64,000 nt of DNA from Acidimicrobiia bacterium (GTDB taxonomy: Bacteria; Actinomycetota; Acidimicrobiia; Spongiisociales; JAENVV01). The position numbers were made by a program, and so were the translations under genes. Below the pieces are notes generated by a model. The model had not been told where the DNA came from. It saw only the letters and a program-made list of their open reading frames with translations, and ran no database searches. Below, piece by piece: positions 38,256 through 47,945 of this stretch. The stretch covers positions 1-64,000 of the forward strand of contig JBFGJH010000003.1 in assembly GCA_041577335.1 (NCBI GenBank). The letters run 5' to 3'. Position 1 is the stretch's first letter; every line of letters begins with the position of its first letter.

Positions 38256-39259
38256 ACAAGCATGTCGCAATTGTTGGCGCAACCGGCGCCGTCGGTCGCA
38301 CGATGCTGTCGATTCTGGAAAACCGGGCCTTCCCGGTTGCAGACCTTCGCTTGTTTGCTTCGGCCCGCTCCAGCGGACAGGTCGTTGAAACCAAGTGGGG
38401 AGACGTCGCCGTCGAGGATCTGACTACTGCCGATCCTTCCGGAATCGAGATCGCGCTCTTCTCAGCAGGGGCAACTCGTTCGCGAGAATTTGCGCCCGTT
38501 TTCGTCGAGGCAGGCGCGGTCGTGGTGGACAATTCGTCGGCATTCCGCAGAGTGGAAGAGATCCCGCTTGTCGTCGCCGGAGTCAACGATCATGCGATCG
38601 CCAGACACTCGGGCATAATCGCCAATCCCAACTGCACGACCATGACGCTGATGATGGGAGTGGGCCCGCTCCACGCCGCGGCGGGCCTCAGAGCCATGAC
38701 GGCGATGTCGTATCAGTCGGTGTCCGGCTCGGGGATGGCTGCCATCGCCGAGCTCGAGCGGCAGAATCGGGTCTTGGGAGCGGATCCGCAGGCGCTCATG
38801 GACGGCAGCTGGGAAGATCCAGGCAGTGAGGTCTACGCTCGGCCCATCGCCTGGAACGTGCTGCCGTTTGCTGGAAGCCTCGACGAGGGCGGGTACACGG
38901 ACGAAGAGTGGAAACTGGTGAACGAGACTCGCAAGATATTGGAGTCGCCCGCGATCGCCGTCGAGCCGACGTGCGTTCGGGTACCGGTCATGGTTGGCCA
39001 CGGAATCTCTGCGTCTTGCTGGTTCGATCGCCCGGTAACGGTCGATGAGGCGCTCGAGTTGATCTCCAGCGCTCCTGGCGCCGAGGTCTGGTTGGACAAG
39101 GTTCCCACCCCGCTGGATGCTGCGGGGATCGACGAGGTGTTGATTGGCCGCGTGCGCCCCACGCTCGGGGAAAGCGGAGGCATCAATCTGTGGACAGTGG
39201 GCGACAACCTCCGCAAGGGCGCTGCGCTCAACACGATCGAGATAGCCGAGCAGCTCTGA
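38252..39259 (+). CDS. asd: Aspartate-semialdehyde dehydrogenase
   Basis: GATGAVG, DNSSAFR, NPNCTT, SYQSVSG, CVRVPV, DNLRKGAALN. Confidence 0.96.
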   Translation: MNKHVAIVGATGAVGRTMLSILENRAFPVADLRLFASARSSGQVVETKWGDVAVEDLTTADPSGIEIALFSAGATRSREFAPVFVEAGAVVVDNSSAFRRVEEIPLVVAGVNDHAIARHSGIIANPNCTTMTLMMGVGPLHAAAGLRAMTAMSYQSVSGSGMAAIAELERQNRVLGADPQALMDGSWEDPGSEVYARPIAWNVLPFAGSLDEGGYTDEEWKLVNETRKILESPAIAVEPTCVRVPVMVGHGISASCWFDRPVTVDEALELISSAPGAEVWLDKVPTPLDAAGIDEVLIGRVRPTLGESGGINLWTVGDNLRKGAALNTIEIAEQL

Positions 39260-39363
39260 GCGCTGGCGCCTTCTCATCGCCCCGGATCGGAGGCACTCTC
39301 CATCCGATCTGGGCGCCGCGGCCGTCTTGCTGAGGGTCTCGTTGCGGTAATAGGCTACGAGTA

Positions 39364-39437
39364 CGGGACGTGGCGCAGCTTGGTAGCGCGCATCGTTCGG
39401 GACGATGAGGTCGCCGGTTCGAATCCGGCCGTCCCGA
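39364..39437 (+). tRNA. tRNA-Pro(CGG)
   Basis: CGGGACGTGGCGCAGCTTGGTAGCGCGCATCGTT-CGG-GACGATGAGGTCGCCGGTTCGAATCCGGCCGTCCCGA. Confidence 0.97.
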
Positions 39438-39447
39438 CCCGAAACGG

Positions 39448-39478
39448 CGATCGCCGCCCATGATGTGGGCGGCGATCG
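39448..39478. terminator. 13-bp hairpin between tRNA-Pro and the convergent gene
   Basis: CGATCGCCGCCCA-tgatg-TGGGCGGCGATCG. Confidence 0.7.
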
Positions 39479-39481
39479 TGA

Positions 39482-40729
39482 TTAAGGGACGTCGATCGTG
39501 ATGCGGGCAATCCGCCTTTGGTCCATGACCTTCACCGTCAGCTGGACTCCGTCCACGACCGTCTTGTCCCCCTCGTCGGGTATTCGACCCGTCGTGAACA
39601 TGAACAGGCCCCCAACCGATGAATATGGCCCGGTCGGCAATGTCATGCCGATCGCATCGGCCAGCTCTTCGACGGGCATTGACCCGTCCGCTTCCCAACG
39701 TCGGTGACCGATGGCGACCGCCATCGGAGAGCCCGGGTCGAATTCATCCTGGAGCTCGCCTACCAACTCCGCCATGATGTCCTTGACGGTGACGATCCCT
39801 TCGACGCCGCCGTGCTCGTCGAGCACAAAGGCAAGGCCTAGTCGGTTGGTGCGGAATTCTTGGAGCACCGTGAGAAGCGTCGTGCTCTCAGGCACGAAGT
39901 ACGGGGGTCTGAGCAGCCGGCGGATTCGGCCCGGGTCGGATTTGCCCACCCTGAGCAGATCCTTGACGATCAAGACTCCAACGGCCTGGTCGAGGTCGGC
40001 GTCCGGCTCGACGACCGGGTATCGCGAGTGACCCGATTGCGCTACGGCTTGTCCGATGTGCTCGGCAGACAGCGGCAGGGTCAGGGTGACGACGTCGACC
40101 CGCGGCGTCATCACGTCTCGGACGGGCCGGTCGGCTGCGACGAAGACGGAGTGGATGATCTCGCGCTCGACCTGTTCGATGTGCCCTGCTTCCTCGCCGA
40201 GTCGGGCGAGAGCGACGACGTCTTCCTCGGTTACCGGGCGAGCGCCGTCGGCGCCGGCCCTGAAGAGCCGGAGCAACCAGTTTCCGGCGGTTCGAAACAC
40301 CCGAGATATCGGCGCCAGGAGCCGAACGACATACCAAAGAACGGTCGCGACTGCCATGCCGTACCCCTCAGGATTTCGGGAGGCCAGCGTTTTCGGGGTG
40401 ATTTCGCCTGCCACCAATACGATCGCCGTCACCACAAACGTCGCAACGACGGGGCCAAAACTCGATCCGATGAGGTCGACCGCCAGGACGGTGGCGATGG
40501 AGGTTGCCAAGATGTTCACGAAGTTGTTGGCCACGAGGATGGTCCCGATCGTTGCTTCGGGGTTGGCCGCCAGGGCCGCCAAGCGCTGGCCCCTGCGCCC
40601 GAGCTGTTGGAGTTGAGCCAGGCGTTCCCTGGGGATGGCCACGACGGCTGTCTCCGATCCCGAAAGGAATCCCGACGCCGAGAACAGAAACGCCAACAAG
40701 ACGAGGAGCGAGATTTGGACGGCGGTCAT
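39482..40729 (-). CDS. CNNM/DUF21-CBS-CorC family transporter
   Basis: SGSETA, LVANNFVNI, GEITPK, VMTPRVD, DEHGGVEGIVT, GELQDEFD. Confidence 0.92.
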   Translation of the reverse strand: MTAVQISLLVLLAFLFSASGFLSGSETAVVAIPRERLAQLQQLGRRGQRLAALAANPEATIGTILVANNFVNILATSIATVLAVDLIGSSFGPVVATFVVTAIVLVAGEITPKTLASRNPEGYGMAVATVLWYVVRLLAPISRVFRTAGNWLLRLFRAGADGARPVTEEDVVALARLGEEAGHIEQVEREIIHSVFVAADRPVRDVMTPRVDVVTLTLPLSAEHIGQAVAQSGHSRYPVVEPDADLDQAVGVLIVKDLLRVGKSDPGRIRRLLRPPYFVPESTTLLTVLQEFRTNRLGLAFVLDEHGGVEGIVTVKDIMAELVGELQDEFDPGSPMAVAIGHRRWEADGSMPVEELADAIGMTLPTGPYSSVGGLFMFTTGRIPDEGDKTVVDGVQLTVKVMDQRRIARITIDVP

Positions 40730-40754
40730 AGCCGTGGCTTGGCCACGAGCTGCC

Positions 40755-41129
40755 TCACGCGCCCGCCGGTTGCGCGGTCCCTATCGTGGCCCGCAATTGC
40801 TGAGCGGTGAACGGTTTCACTACCCAGCCATCTGCGCCGGCGCGTTTGGCTATGAAGGCATCGGCCTGACGATCGAGCAGCATCACGATTGCACCGGCCG
40901 GAATGGTCCCCGCATGAATGGCTTCGCGCAGCTGACGAGTGATCGCCATCCCGCCCATGGAGCCGACTTGCATATCCACCAGGTAGACACCCGGCATATG
41001 CTGAGCAGCGGCGTTGCTGGCGGCTCTCGGATCTTCTTCTACGACAATACGGGTCCCCGGCATGTCCAGCGATGCCGAAACGTCGTTGTGCACCCAGGAG
41101 GCATCGGAGACCAGCAGCACGGTTCTCAT
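40755..41129 (-). CDS. Atypical single-domain response regulator
   Basis: LLVSD, LVDMQVG, LLDRQAD, ADGWVVKPF. Confidence 0.8.
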   Translation of the reverse strand: MRTVLLVSDASWVHNDVSASLDMPGTRIVVEEDPRAASNAAAQHMPGVYLVDMQVGSMGGMAITRQLREAIHAGTIPAGAIVMLLDRQADAFIAKRAGADGWVVKPFTAQQLRATIGTAQPAGA

Positions 41130-41202
41130 GGGCGCCCACGATAGCTTCCTTCTGCCCGGGCTCGGATTTCCACACGCCGGGCCTGCCGTATCATGGCCAG
41201 CC

Positions 41203-42492
41203 GTGAGAGCTCTCTTCATCGTTATCGCCGTGCTGCTGATCCCATCGGTGGCATCGGCACAGGCGGACCAGGCCGAAGTACCACCGATCGACGTCATCGA
41301 CGTGAGCGGCCCCATCGACGAGCTGGGCGCCGAATTCATCATTGGGGCCATCACCGCTGCTCACGACGACGGCGCCCAGGCGGTGATACTTCAGATCGAT
41401 TCGCCGGGAGCCGTCGACGAGTCGATTCGGGAGGTCATCGAGATCGTCGCCAGCCCTCCTCTTCCGGTCATCGCCTGGATTGGAGATGCGCCGGCGACCG
41501 CCCGAGGCGGTGCGCTCGACATGGCGGCGGCGGCCAGCTTGACGCTGGCTGCGCCCGGGGTCGAGATCGGCTACTCGTCCCCTCTGATCGTCGGCGGAGA
41601 CGCGCCGGGAGCAAGTGGTTTCGAGACGCTTGTCGTGGTGTCTGAGCCAGGCGGCCCCGTTGACGGGCTCGAGCCGGCGCTGGGAGGGCTGATCGTCTCA
41701 TTGGATGGGATGCAGTTCACCGTGGCAGGATCGATCGTGGCTCTCGACACGGCAGTCGAAGTCACTGACGACGATGGCAATATCCGCCGCCAAGTTGCTC
41801 CGCAGGTCCGGTTCCAGGAGCCCGGCTTGCTCACGCGAACGATGCGCTTGGCGCTCCAACCAGAAGCGATCTTCTTCTTTCTCGTCGCGGGCCTCTCGCT
41901 GGTGGTCTTCGAGTTCTATGCAATCGGCCCCGGTGTCGCCGCGGCGACTGCTGCCTTGCCCTTGCTCCTGGCTGGGTATGGGCTGGTCGTACTTCCGGTT
42001 GGTTGGGGTTTCTGGCTGGTTTTGCTGTGCATTTGGCTGTTGGCGAGCGACTATCAGCGCGGCGGTTTCGGAGTGCTTTCGTACGCCGCTTCGATCGTTC
42101 TGCCGGTCGGCGGCTGGTTCATCGTGGACACGCGCCCTCAAATAGAACAGTCGGTGTGGTCGGTGATCGTGATCGCGCTCGGGGTCATGCTTTTCTTCAT
42201 GTTTGCCATGCCAACGGTGGCCCGGTCACGGTTCACAACACCGACGATGGGTCGGGAATATCTCATCGGAAAGGAGGGCCGGGCTGTCACGGACGCCGTG
42301 GCGGGCGTCCTCACCGTAGAAGTCGACGGAGCCTCGTGGCACGGTACGACTTTTCGGGAATCGTCAATCGTGGCGGGCTCCCCGGTCACTGTGCAAGCGA
42401 TCCAGGGTCTCTATCTGGAGGTGGTCGAACTCGTCGAGGTTGACCCCGACCGAGAGGAAGACCGCGAAAACAAATCCGAGCAGCTGGAATAA
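41203..42492 (+). CDS. Long-form NfeD family protein
   Basis: Signal peptide, ILQIDSPG ClpP-like domain, TM bundle, C-terminal OB fold (GREYLIGKEG, VEVDGASW). Confidence 0.82.
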   Translation: MRALFIVIAVLLIPSVASAQADQAEVPPIDVIDVSGPIDELGAEFIIGAITAAHDDGAQAVILQIDSPGAVDESIREVIEIVASPPLPVIAWIGDAPATARGGALDMAAAASLTLAAPGVEIGYSSPLIVGGDAPGASGFETLVVVSEPGGPVDGLEPALGGLIVSLDGMQFTVAGSIVALDTAVEVTDDDGNIRRQVAPQVRFQEPGLLTRTMRLALQPEAIFFFLVAGLSLVVFEFYAIGPGVAAATAALPLLLAGYGLVVLPVGWGFWLVLLCIWLLASDYQRGGFGVLSYAASIVLPVGGWFIVDTRPQIEQSVWSVIVIALGVMLFFMFAMPTVARSRFTTPTMGREYLIGKEGRAVTDAVAGVLTVEVDGASWHGTTFRESSIVAGSPVTVQAIQGLYLEVVELVEVDPDREEDRENKSEQLE

Positions 42493-42568
42493 TTTTCCTG
42501 GTCCTCGGAAACTACCCCTGGTAGCTTCCCGCCGCAGGCTTTGGCGGAGTGGCAAGGAGGAGTTGTTC

Positions 42569-42820
42569 ATGCTCGAGGCGCGTTTTGGCGACTGGCAATT
42601 GATGGGTCTCTGTCGGGGGAACCATTCCCACCTGTTTTTCCCTCCCAGCACTTTTGAGCGCAAAGACGAGCGTGAGCGCCGCGAAATCCGCGCAAAGGCG
42701 ATCTGTCAGGTCTGCCCGGTTCAAAGCAGTTGCGTCGAATATGCACTCGACATCCGGGAACCGTACGGTATCTGGGGTGGCACGACCGAGACGGATCGCA
42801 AAGAGCTTCTCACCGCCTAG
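42569..42820 (+). CDS. WhiB family Fe-S transcriptional regulator (WhiB3/WhiD-like)
   Basis: Four Cys (LCRG...ICQVCPVQSSC), REPYGIWGG; SD AAGGAGG. Confidence 0.93.
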   Translation: MLEARFGDWQLMGLCRGNHSHLFFPPSTFERKDERERREIRAKAICQVCPVQSSCVEYALDIREPYGIWGGTTETDRKELLTA

Positions 42821-42839
42821 CGATGTTGAAACCGTGTGA

Positions 42840-42868
42840 GAGGGGCCCGGTCAGCGGGCCCTTTCTTA
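42840..42868 (+). terminator. Intrinsic terminator after whiB
   Basis: GGGCCCG-gtcag-CGGGCCC followed by TTTCTT. Confidence 0.7.
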
Positions 42869-42879
42869 TGCCCGAGGGT

Positions 42880-44661
42880 CTACACGCTCCGGACGGAGCG
42901 GACATCGCCGTTGCGCGTTGTGACTCCGGCAGCATCGAGATACTCGAGAAGAGGCACCGCGTACTTCCGAGAAAGCTGGAGGGCGTCCCGAAAATCCGCG
43001 ACGGAGAACGGCGCCTCGAACGAGCGGACGGCTGTCGTGATTGTCTCGATTTGGCCGGGTAGGAAGGCGAACTCGTCGTTGATACGTATCAGCCTGCCCT
43101 CCCGCAAAAAAACATGCAGCACCTCCGGGTCGAGCCCGAGGTCGCGGATGCGAGGCACGGTGAGCCCGGCCTCCTGCAGGCTGGCCTCGACTCGCTCCCA
43201 CGCCGCAGCCGTTTCGGCTGGCGGCGCCGCAGCAAAATCCTTCGCTGCCACGGTTGCGCCGGAGTCGATCACCTCCCATTCCTGAATCAGTGCGTCGACA
43301 AGAGCCCGTTCTACGCCGAGCTCACTGGCGAGCTGGGCACGGGGCATGCCTGGTCGGAGCGGGTGAGTCTCGTGAAACCGCGACAATGCCGTGGTGGCCC
43401 GCTCGGCAAGTGTGCTGCGGAACTCGGAGCTGATCGCAGTGCCGCCGATGGCAGTCCGCGGGACTCCTCCTCTCGTCCAGGCCGACAGGTCGCTGAGCGA
43501 CGCCACACCCCTTGCCTGGAGGAGCATGTCGGCTTGCTGGTCTGGCGTGGCACGCTCAATACCGCGAAGCGCACCGAGGGAGGCCGAGATCGTGGTGCGA
43601 CGTCGCGGGGGACTTGGATCGATCACCTGGCCGCCGGCGACCACAGCGCGTCGACCAACCTCCCGCAGCACGAACCGATCTCCAACCGATACCGGTACCG
43701 GTTCAGGCAGGCGGATGACGGCGTAGCCGCTCTCATTCGGAATTGGGCGAAGCTCGGCGGGCCACGCACCGGTGCCGAAATGCACGTGATAGGCGCCACG
43801 CTCCGACGGGCCCCCGTCTTCGTACCTGGCCGGCCGTAGATGCACCAGCCACCGATCGGAGGTTCGCCAGTCTCCCGGCCTGCCCAGCATCATGCCCCGA
43901 CCGACCTGGCTGCGCTCGAGGCCGGCCAGGTTGATGGCACAGCGGCTACCGGCGCCGACGGTGACGGCATCTTCTTCGTGCTGGTGCAGGCCACGAACTC
44001 GTGCGCTCACGCCTGCCGGGAGCAGTTCGAGCTCGTCGCCAGTCGATAGAGACCCGTCGATGAGCGTGCCCGTGACCACCGTTCCCGCTCCTGCGATTGA
44101 GAACGACCGATCGACCCAAATTCGGGGACGTTGCGTCTGCGGCCTATTCGATTCGACCGCCTCCGCCATCTCGTCGAGCAATGTGGAAAGCTCAGCCATG
44201 CCTGTGCCGGTCTTTGCCGAAACGTGGATCATCGGTGCGTCTGCCAGCACCGAATCGGTGAGGTGCTCGGCCACCTCGAGGTAGGCCAGCTCCAGGAGGT
44301 CGTGGTCGACGAGATCGGATTTGGTGAGGACCACGACCCCATGTCTGATTTCGAGCAGCTCGAGCACGGCGAGATGCTCTTCGGACTGAGGCATCCAGCC
44401 CTCGTCGGCAGCCACGACGAACATGGCCGCGTCAATCGCCTCGATTCCGGCCAGCATGTTCTTGATGTAGCGCTCGTGGCCGGGAACGTCGACAAAAGCG
44501 ACTTCGGTCCCCGATGCCGTGTGCCTCCATGCGAACCCGAGATCGATGGTGAGGCCCCGTTGCTTCTCCTCGTCCCAGCGGTCAGGGTCGCGCCCGGTGA
44601 GGGCTTCAATGAGCGTCGACTTCCCATGATCAACATGGCCGGCGGTGCCGAAGACAGGCAC
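42880..44661 (-). CDS. selB: Selenocysteine-specific elongation factor
   Basis: GTAGHVDHGKS, RGLTIDLGF, DVPGHE, C-terminal winged helix SRKYAVPLLEYLD. Confidence 0.95.
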   Translation of the reverse strand: MPVFGTAGHVDHGKSTLIEALTGRDPDRWDEEKQRGLTIDLGFAWRHTASGTEVAFVDVPGHERYIKNMLAGIEAIDAAMFVVAADEGWMPQSEEHLAVLELLEIRHGVVVLTKSDLVDHDLLELAYLEVAEHLTDSVLADAPMIHVSAKTGTGMAELSTLLDEMAEAVESNRPQTQRPRIWVDRSFSIAGAGTVVTGTLIDGSLSTGDELELLPAGVSARVRGLHQHEEDAVTVGAGSRCAINLAGLERSQVGRGMMLGRPGDWRTSDRWLVHLRPARYEDGGPSERGAYHVHFGTGAWPAELRPIPNESGYAVIRLPEPVPVSVGDRFVLREVGRRAVVAGGQVIDPSPPRRRTTISASLGALRGIERATPDQQADMLLQARGVASLSDLSAWTRGGVPRTAIGGTAISSEFRSTLAERATTALSRFHETHPLRPGMPRAQLASELGVERALVDALIQEWEVIDSGATVAAKDFAAAPPAETAAAWERVEASLQEAGLTVPRIRDLGLDPEVLHVFLREGRLIRINDEFAFLPGQIETITTAVRSFEAPFSVADFRDALQLSRKYAVPLLEYLDAAGVTTRNGDVRSVRSV

Positions 44662-44663
44662 GA

Positions 44664-45989
44664 TCAGTGCCGCACGGCCAAGGCGTTTTGCACTGCTTCG
44701 TCGTCGGCAGGATCAACGGCCCGAAGATCGACGATCAAGTCCCCCTTGTCTCGACGGGTGAGGATCGGCGTTTCGCTCGACAACAGCTCCTGCCAGCGGT
44801 GACCGCTGTCTGCGATTCGGCCGATCGGTGATGGTAGCTCCAGGCCCGGCACCGATCCGGCTCCCAACAGCGAGGAGCCATCCTCGATCACGAGTGGCTC
44901 GTGGCCGAGGGCGAGGAGCCGGGAGCTCAGGTCGGCAGGAGAAGTCATTACCGATGCCCAGAACGGGATCTCCGGGACTCGGTCATCGAGATACAGCTCT
45001 GCGGTGGTGGTTAGTGCCGCCATGGTTGCGCCGTCGATGCGGAGCGCTCGCGCCAATGGGTGCTTCTTCAGGGTCTCGACATGCTCTCCCGAGCCGACGA
45101 TGATGCCGGCCTGGGGCCCGCCCAAGAGTTTGTCCCCGCTGAACAGAGCGAGGTCCACGCCGCGCTGGAGCTCTTGTCGCACCCCCGGCTCGCCATGGAG
45201 CCATTCGGGCGGCGGGCCGGGCATCCAAGGAACGTCGGCGTCGATGAGGCCCGATCCGAGGTCGTAGGCCAACGGGACATCTTGGTGCTTGCTGAGGGCG
45301 ACGAGCCCGTCCATGTCGACCTCTTCACTGAAGCCAACGACCCGATAGTTGGAAGGATGGACTTTGAGCAGCAGGCCGGTCTCCGCGTCGATCGCTCGTT
45401 CGTAATCGCTGAGTCGGGTGCGGTTGGTGGTCCCGATCTCACGAAGCTTGGCGCCAGAGACGGCCATCAACTCGGGCAGTCGGTACGAGCCTCCGATTTC
45501 GATCAGCTCTCCACGCGAAACCGGTACCTGGCGTCCCGTTGCCAGCGCAGCCAACGTGAGGAGCAGGGCTGCTGCGTTGTTGTTGACGACGTGGGCCGCC
45601 TCGGCCCCGGCGAGAACCCGCAACAATTCACCGAGGTAGCGTCCTCGGCCGCCTCGTTCGCCCTTCGTGAGATCGAATTCGACGTTGCCGTACGATGACG
45701 CCGCTCGGGCCGCTGCGGCGGCCGCCTCGGGGTGGAGGGGGGCTCGGCCCAGGTTCGTGTGCAGGAGGACGCCTGTGGCGTTGATCATCCGTTGCGGGCG
45801 GCTGCGGTGGAGCATGGCGGCATGCTCGATGGCGAGGGCCGTGGCATCGGTGGTAACCCCCGATCGAAGCGAAGCGCGCGCTTCGTCGATCGCGGCGCGG
45901 GCAATCACAACGGCCAAGCCACGCGGCAGCGATGCACTCAGCTGCTTCGAGAGTGCATCGACAGAGGGGATCGATCGCAGCGACACCAT
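44664..45989 (-). CDS. selA: L-seryl-tRNA(Sec) selenium transferase
   Basis: INATGVLLHTNLGRAP, VNNNAAA, SRGELIEIGGS, KVHPSNY, FSGDKLLGGPQAG. Confidence 0.95.
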   Translation of the reverse strand: MVSLRSIPSVDALSKQLSASLPRGLAVVIARAAIDEARASLRSGVTTDATALAIEHAAMLHRSRPQRMINATGVLLHTNLGRAPLHPEAAAAAARAASSYGNVEFDLTKGERGGRGRYLGELLRVLAGAEAAHVVNNNAAALLLTLAALATGRQVPVSRGELIEIGGSYRLPELMAVSGAKLREIGTTNRTRLSDYERAIDAETGLLLKVHPSNYRVVGFSEEVDMDGLVALSKHQDVPLAYDLGSGLIDADVPWMPGPPPEWLHGEPGVRQELQRGVDLALFSGDKLLGGPQAGIIVGSGEHVETLKKHPLARALRIDGATMAALTTTAELYLDDRVPEIPFWASVMTSPADLSSRLLALGHEPLVIEDGSSLLGAGSVPGLELPSPIGRIADSGHRWQELLSSETPILTRRDKGDLIVDLRAVDPADDEAVQNALAVRH

Positions 45990-46024
45990 GTGCTCAGGTT
46001 ACTCCCGGCAGTAATCTGGCTTTC

Positions 46025-46387
46025 ATGGTCGTTCTGATCTTCGTTGTCGTCCCCATTGTCGAGCTGTTGGTGCTCTTCGCCGTGCAGGATCTGATTGGTT
46101 GGCCGATCGCCATCGCCATCGTCTTGTTCACAGGTGTGCTCGGTGCGTTTCTGGTGAAGCGCCAGGGCCAGGCGGCGTGGGAAGCGATCGGCACCGCCTT
46201 CCAATCCGGCGTGTTTCCCGGTAAGGAGATGGGCCATGCTGCGCTCGTGTTGGTCGGAGGGGCGTTTCTGCTCACTCCCGGTTTCCTCACCGACATCGTC
46301 GGCTTTTCGCTCATGATTCCCCAGATCCGCGAGGTGGTGCGAGTGAAGGCGACGGCTTGGTTCCTTCAACGGCAGGTGCAGCTCTGA
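46025..46387 (+). CDS. fxsA: FxsA family membrane protein
   Basis: FVVVPIVEL, KRQG, LLTPGFLTDIVG. Confidence 0.88.
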   Translation: MVVLIFVVVPIVELLVLFAVQDLIGWPIAIAIVLFTGVLGAFLVKRQGQAAWEAIGTAFQSGVFPGKEMGHAALVLVGGAFLLTPGFLTDIVGFSLMIPQIREVVRVKATAWFLQRQVQL

Positions 46388-47037
46388 TGCAGCCCGCTTC
46401 CACCCTGCTCGTCGTGCGAGATGGCCCTGACCACATCGAAGTGCTGATGGGGAAGCGTTCCGTCGCTGCGTCGTTTGCCCCCGGTGCCTACGTGTTTCCG
46501 GGAGGAGTGGTGGACGACTCAGATGGCGATCGCCGAGCGGTGGAGGCAGCCGGTGGCGTGCGCGATCCTTGGCGGGTTGCCGCGATACGCGAGACCTATG
46601 AAGAAACGGGCGCGCTGGTGGCTGTCGACAGTCGTCCGTTTTCACCAGGAATGGACTTTTGGCTGGTGGCTGCCGCGCACGATATCAAGCTTCAGCTCTC
46701 CGAGCTTGTCCATATCTCGACCTGGGTGACCCCGGCTCCGTTGCCCCGCCGGTACGACACCCGATTCTTCCTCACCCGGAGTCGGCCGGCGGTTCTCGTT
46801 CCCGACGGCGACGAGCTGACCGAGGTGCGCTGGGTTTCCCCTTCTCGAGCGCTGGCCGAGCGGAGTGAGGGCTCGTTTCCGGCCATCTCCCCGACCGTCG
46901 CACATCTCGGTTGGCTCGCCGAATTCTCGACGGCCGACGAGGCATGGAAGGGCGCCATCGAAGGAGCATTCGCGCACCTCGTGGACCAGGAGGCCGTCGA
47001 AGGCACTCAGCCGCCCGGGCTGGGCCGCGCCCTATGA
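46387..47037 (+). CDS. NUDIX hydrolase (NUDT19-like)
   Basis: YVFPGGVVD, AAIRETYEETG, WVTP, RRYDTRFF. Confidence 0.88.
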   Translation: MQPASTLLVVRDGPDHIEVLMGKRSVAASFAPGAYVFPGGVVDDSDGDRRAVEAAGGVRDPWRVAAIRETYEETGALVAVDSRPFSPGMDFWLVAAAHDIKLQLSELVHISTWVTPAPLPRRYDTRFFLTRSRPAVLVPDGDELTEVRWVSPSRALAERSEGSFPAISPTVAHLGWLAEFSTADEAWKGAIEGAFAHLVDQEAVEGTQPPGLGRAL

Positions 47038-47825
47038 GCGTCGAGAAGATCCTTGCCCCCAATCCGGGCCTTTTCACGGGTCCCGGCACGAACACCTACC
47101 TGGTTCGATCTGACTCCGAAATCGTGATCCTCGATCCTGGTCCGATTGATGCCAGCCATCGAGGGGCGATCGAGGCGCAGATTGGGAATGCTGTGGTTGC
47201 CGCCGTGATCGTGACCCACACCCATCCCGATCATGCTCCCCTCGCCAACCCCATCGCCCGCCACTACGCGGCGCCAGCCATCGGCTACGCATCTGGACCC
47301 GAGTTCGTCCCCGATGAACTGGTGGCCGACGGTGATGCGGTCGCGGTTGGTGACGAGCGTTTGGAGGTGATCGCCACGCCTGGACATGCGGATGATCACA
47401 TATGTCTGCGGCTCGGTCGCCAGCTTTTCACAGGCGATCACATCATGGGAGGTTCGACCGTGATGGTGGACGATCTCGTTGCATATCTCGCATCGCTCGA
47501 ACGGCTACGTGATATCGAGATCGATCGCATGCATCCTGGGCATGGGCCCGCCATCGAGGATCCCGGCGGCGTCATCGACTACTACATATCCCATCGCCTC
47601 GAACGCGAACGAGAGATCCTTGACGCCGTTCGGAGCGGCTCGGGCTCGGTCGGGTCCATCGTCGAGGAGGTTTATCGCGATGTTGATGCCGCTCTTCATC
47701 CGATTGCTGCCTATTCGGTGGCCGCTCACTTGCGAAAGCTCGCGGCCGAGGGGACGCTGACATTCGACGGAGGCACTGCGACCGAGCTGTGGGATGCCCT
47801 CGTGGCACTCCGGCTCAGGCGCTAG
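47034..47825 (+). CDS. MBL-fold hydrolase (LACTB2-like)
   Basis: APNPGLFTGPGTNTY, THTHPDH, TPGH, FTGDH, PGHG, C-terminal winged helix. Confidence 0.9.
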   Translation: MSVEKILAPNPGLFTGPGTNTYLVRSDSEIVILDPGPIDASHRGAIEAQIGNAVVAAVIVTHTHPDHAPLANPIARHYAAPAIGYASGPEFVPDELVADGDAVAVGDERLEVIATPGHADDHICLRLGRQLFTGDHIMGGSTVMVDDLVAYLASLERLRDIEIDRMHPGHGPAIEDPGGVIDYYISHRLEREREILDAVRSGSGSVGSIVEEVYRDVDAALHPIAAYSVAAHLRKLAAEGTLTFDGGTATELWDALVALRLRR

Positions 47826-47827
47826 GG

Positions 47828-47864
47828 AAAAACAGAGAGATCCGACCGAGGTCGGATCTCTCTG
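47828..47864 (-). terminator. Intrinsic terminator
   Basis: CAGAGAGATCCGAC-ctcg-GTCGGATCTCTCTG-TTTTT on the minus strand. Confidence 0.85.
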
Positions 47865-47939
47865 CTGCCGAGTCCCTTGGAGGAGGTAGGGACATCTTTG
47901 GGTGGAAGCCTCCTGGCCGTTTACCTTGGCACGTTCATG
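47828..47939 (-). ncRNA. Candidate small RNA with CCUCCUCC loop hairpin and intrinsic terminator
   Basis: Minus strand: GTCCCT-ACCTCCTCCA-AGGGAC, then 14-bp perfect stem plus TTTTT; promoter-like element upstream; no credible ORF. Confidence 0.55.
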
Positions 47940-47945
47940 AAGAGA

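Noticed and set aside
39300..39326. CCATCC-N16-CCGTC SigK-like motif upstream of tRNA-Pro
   Set aside because: A TAGGCT -10 lies closer to the tRNA; likely a chance match in GC-rich sequence
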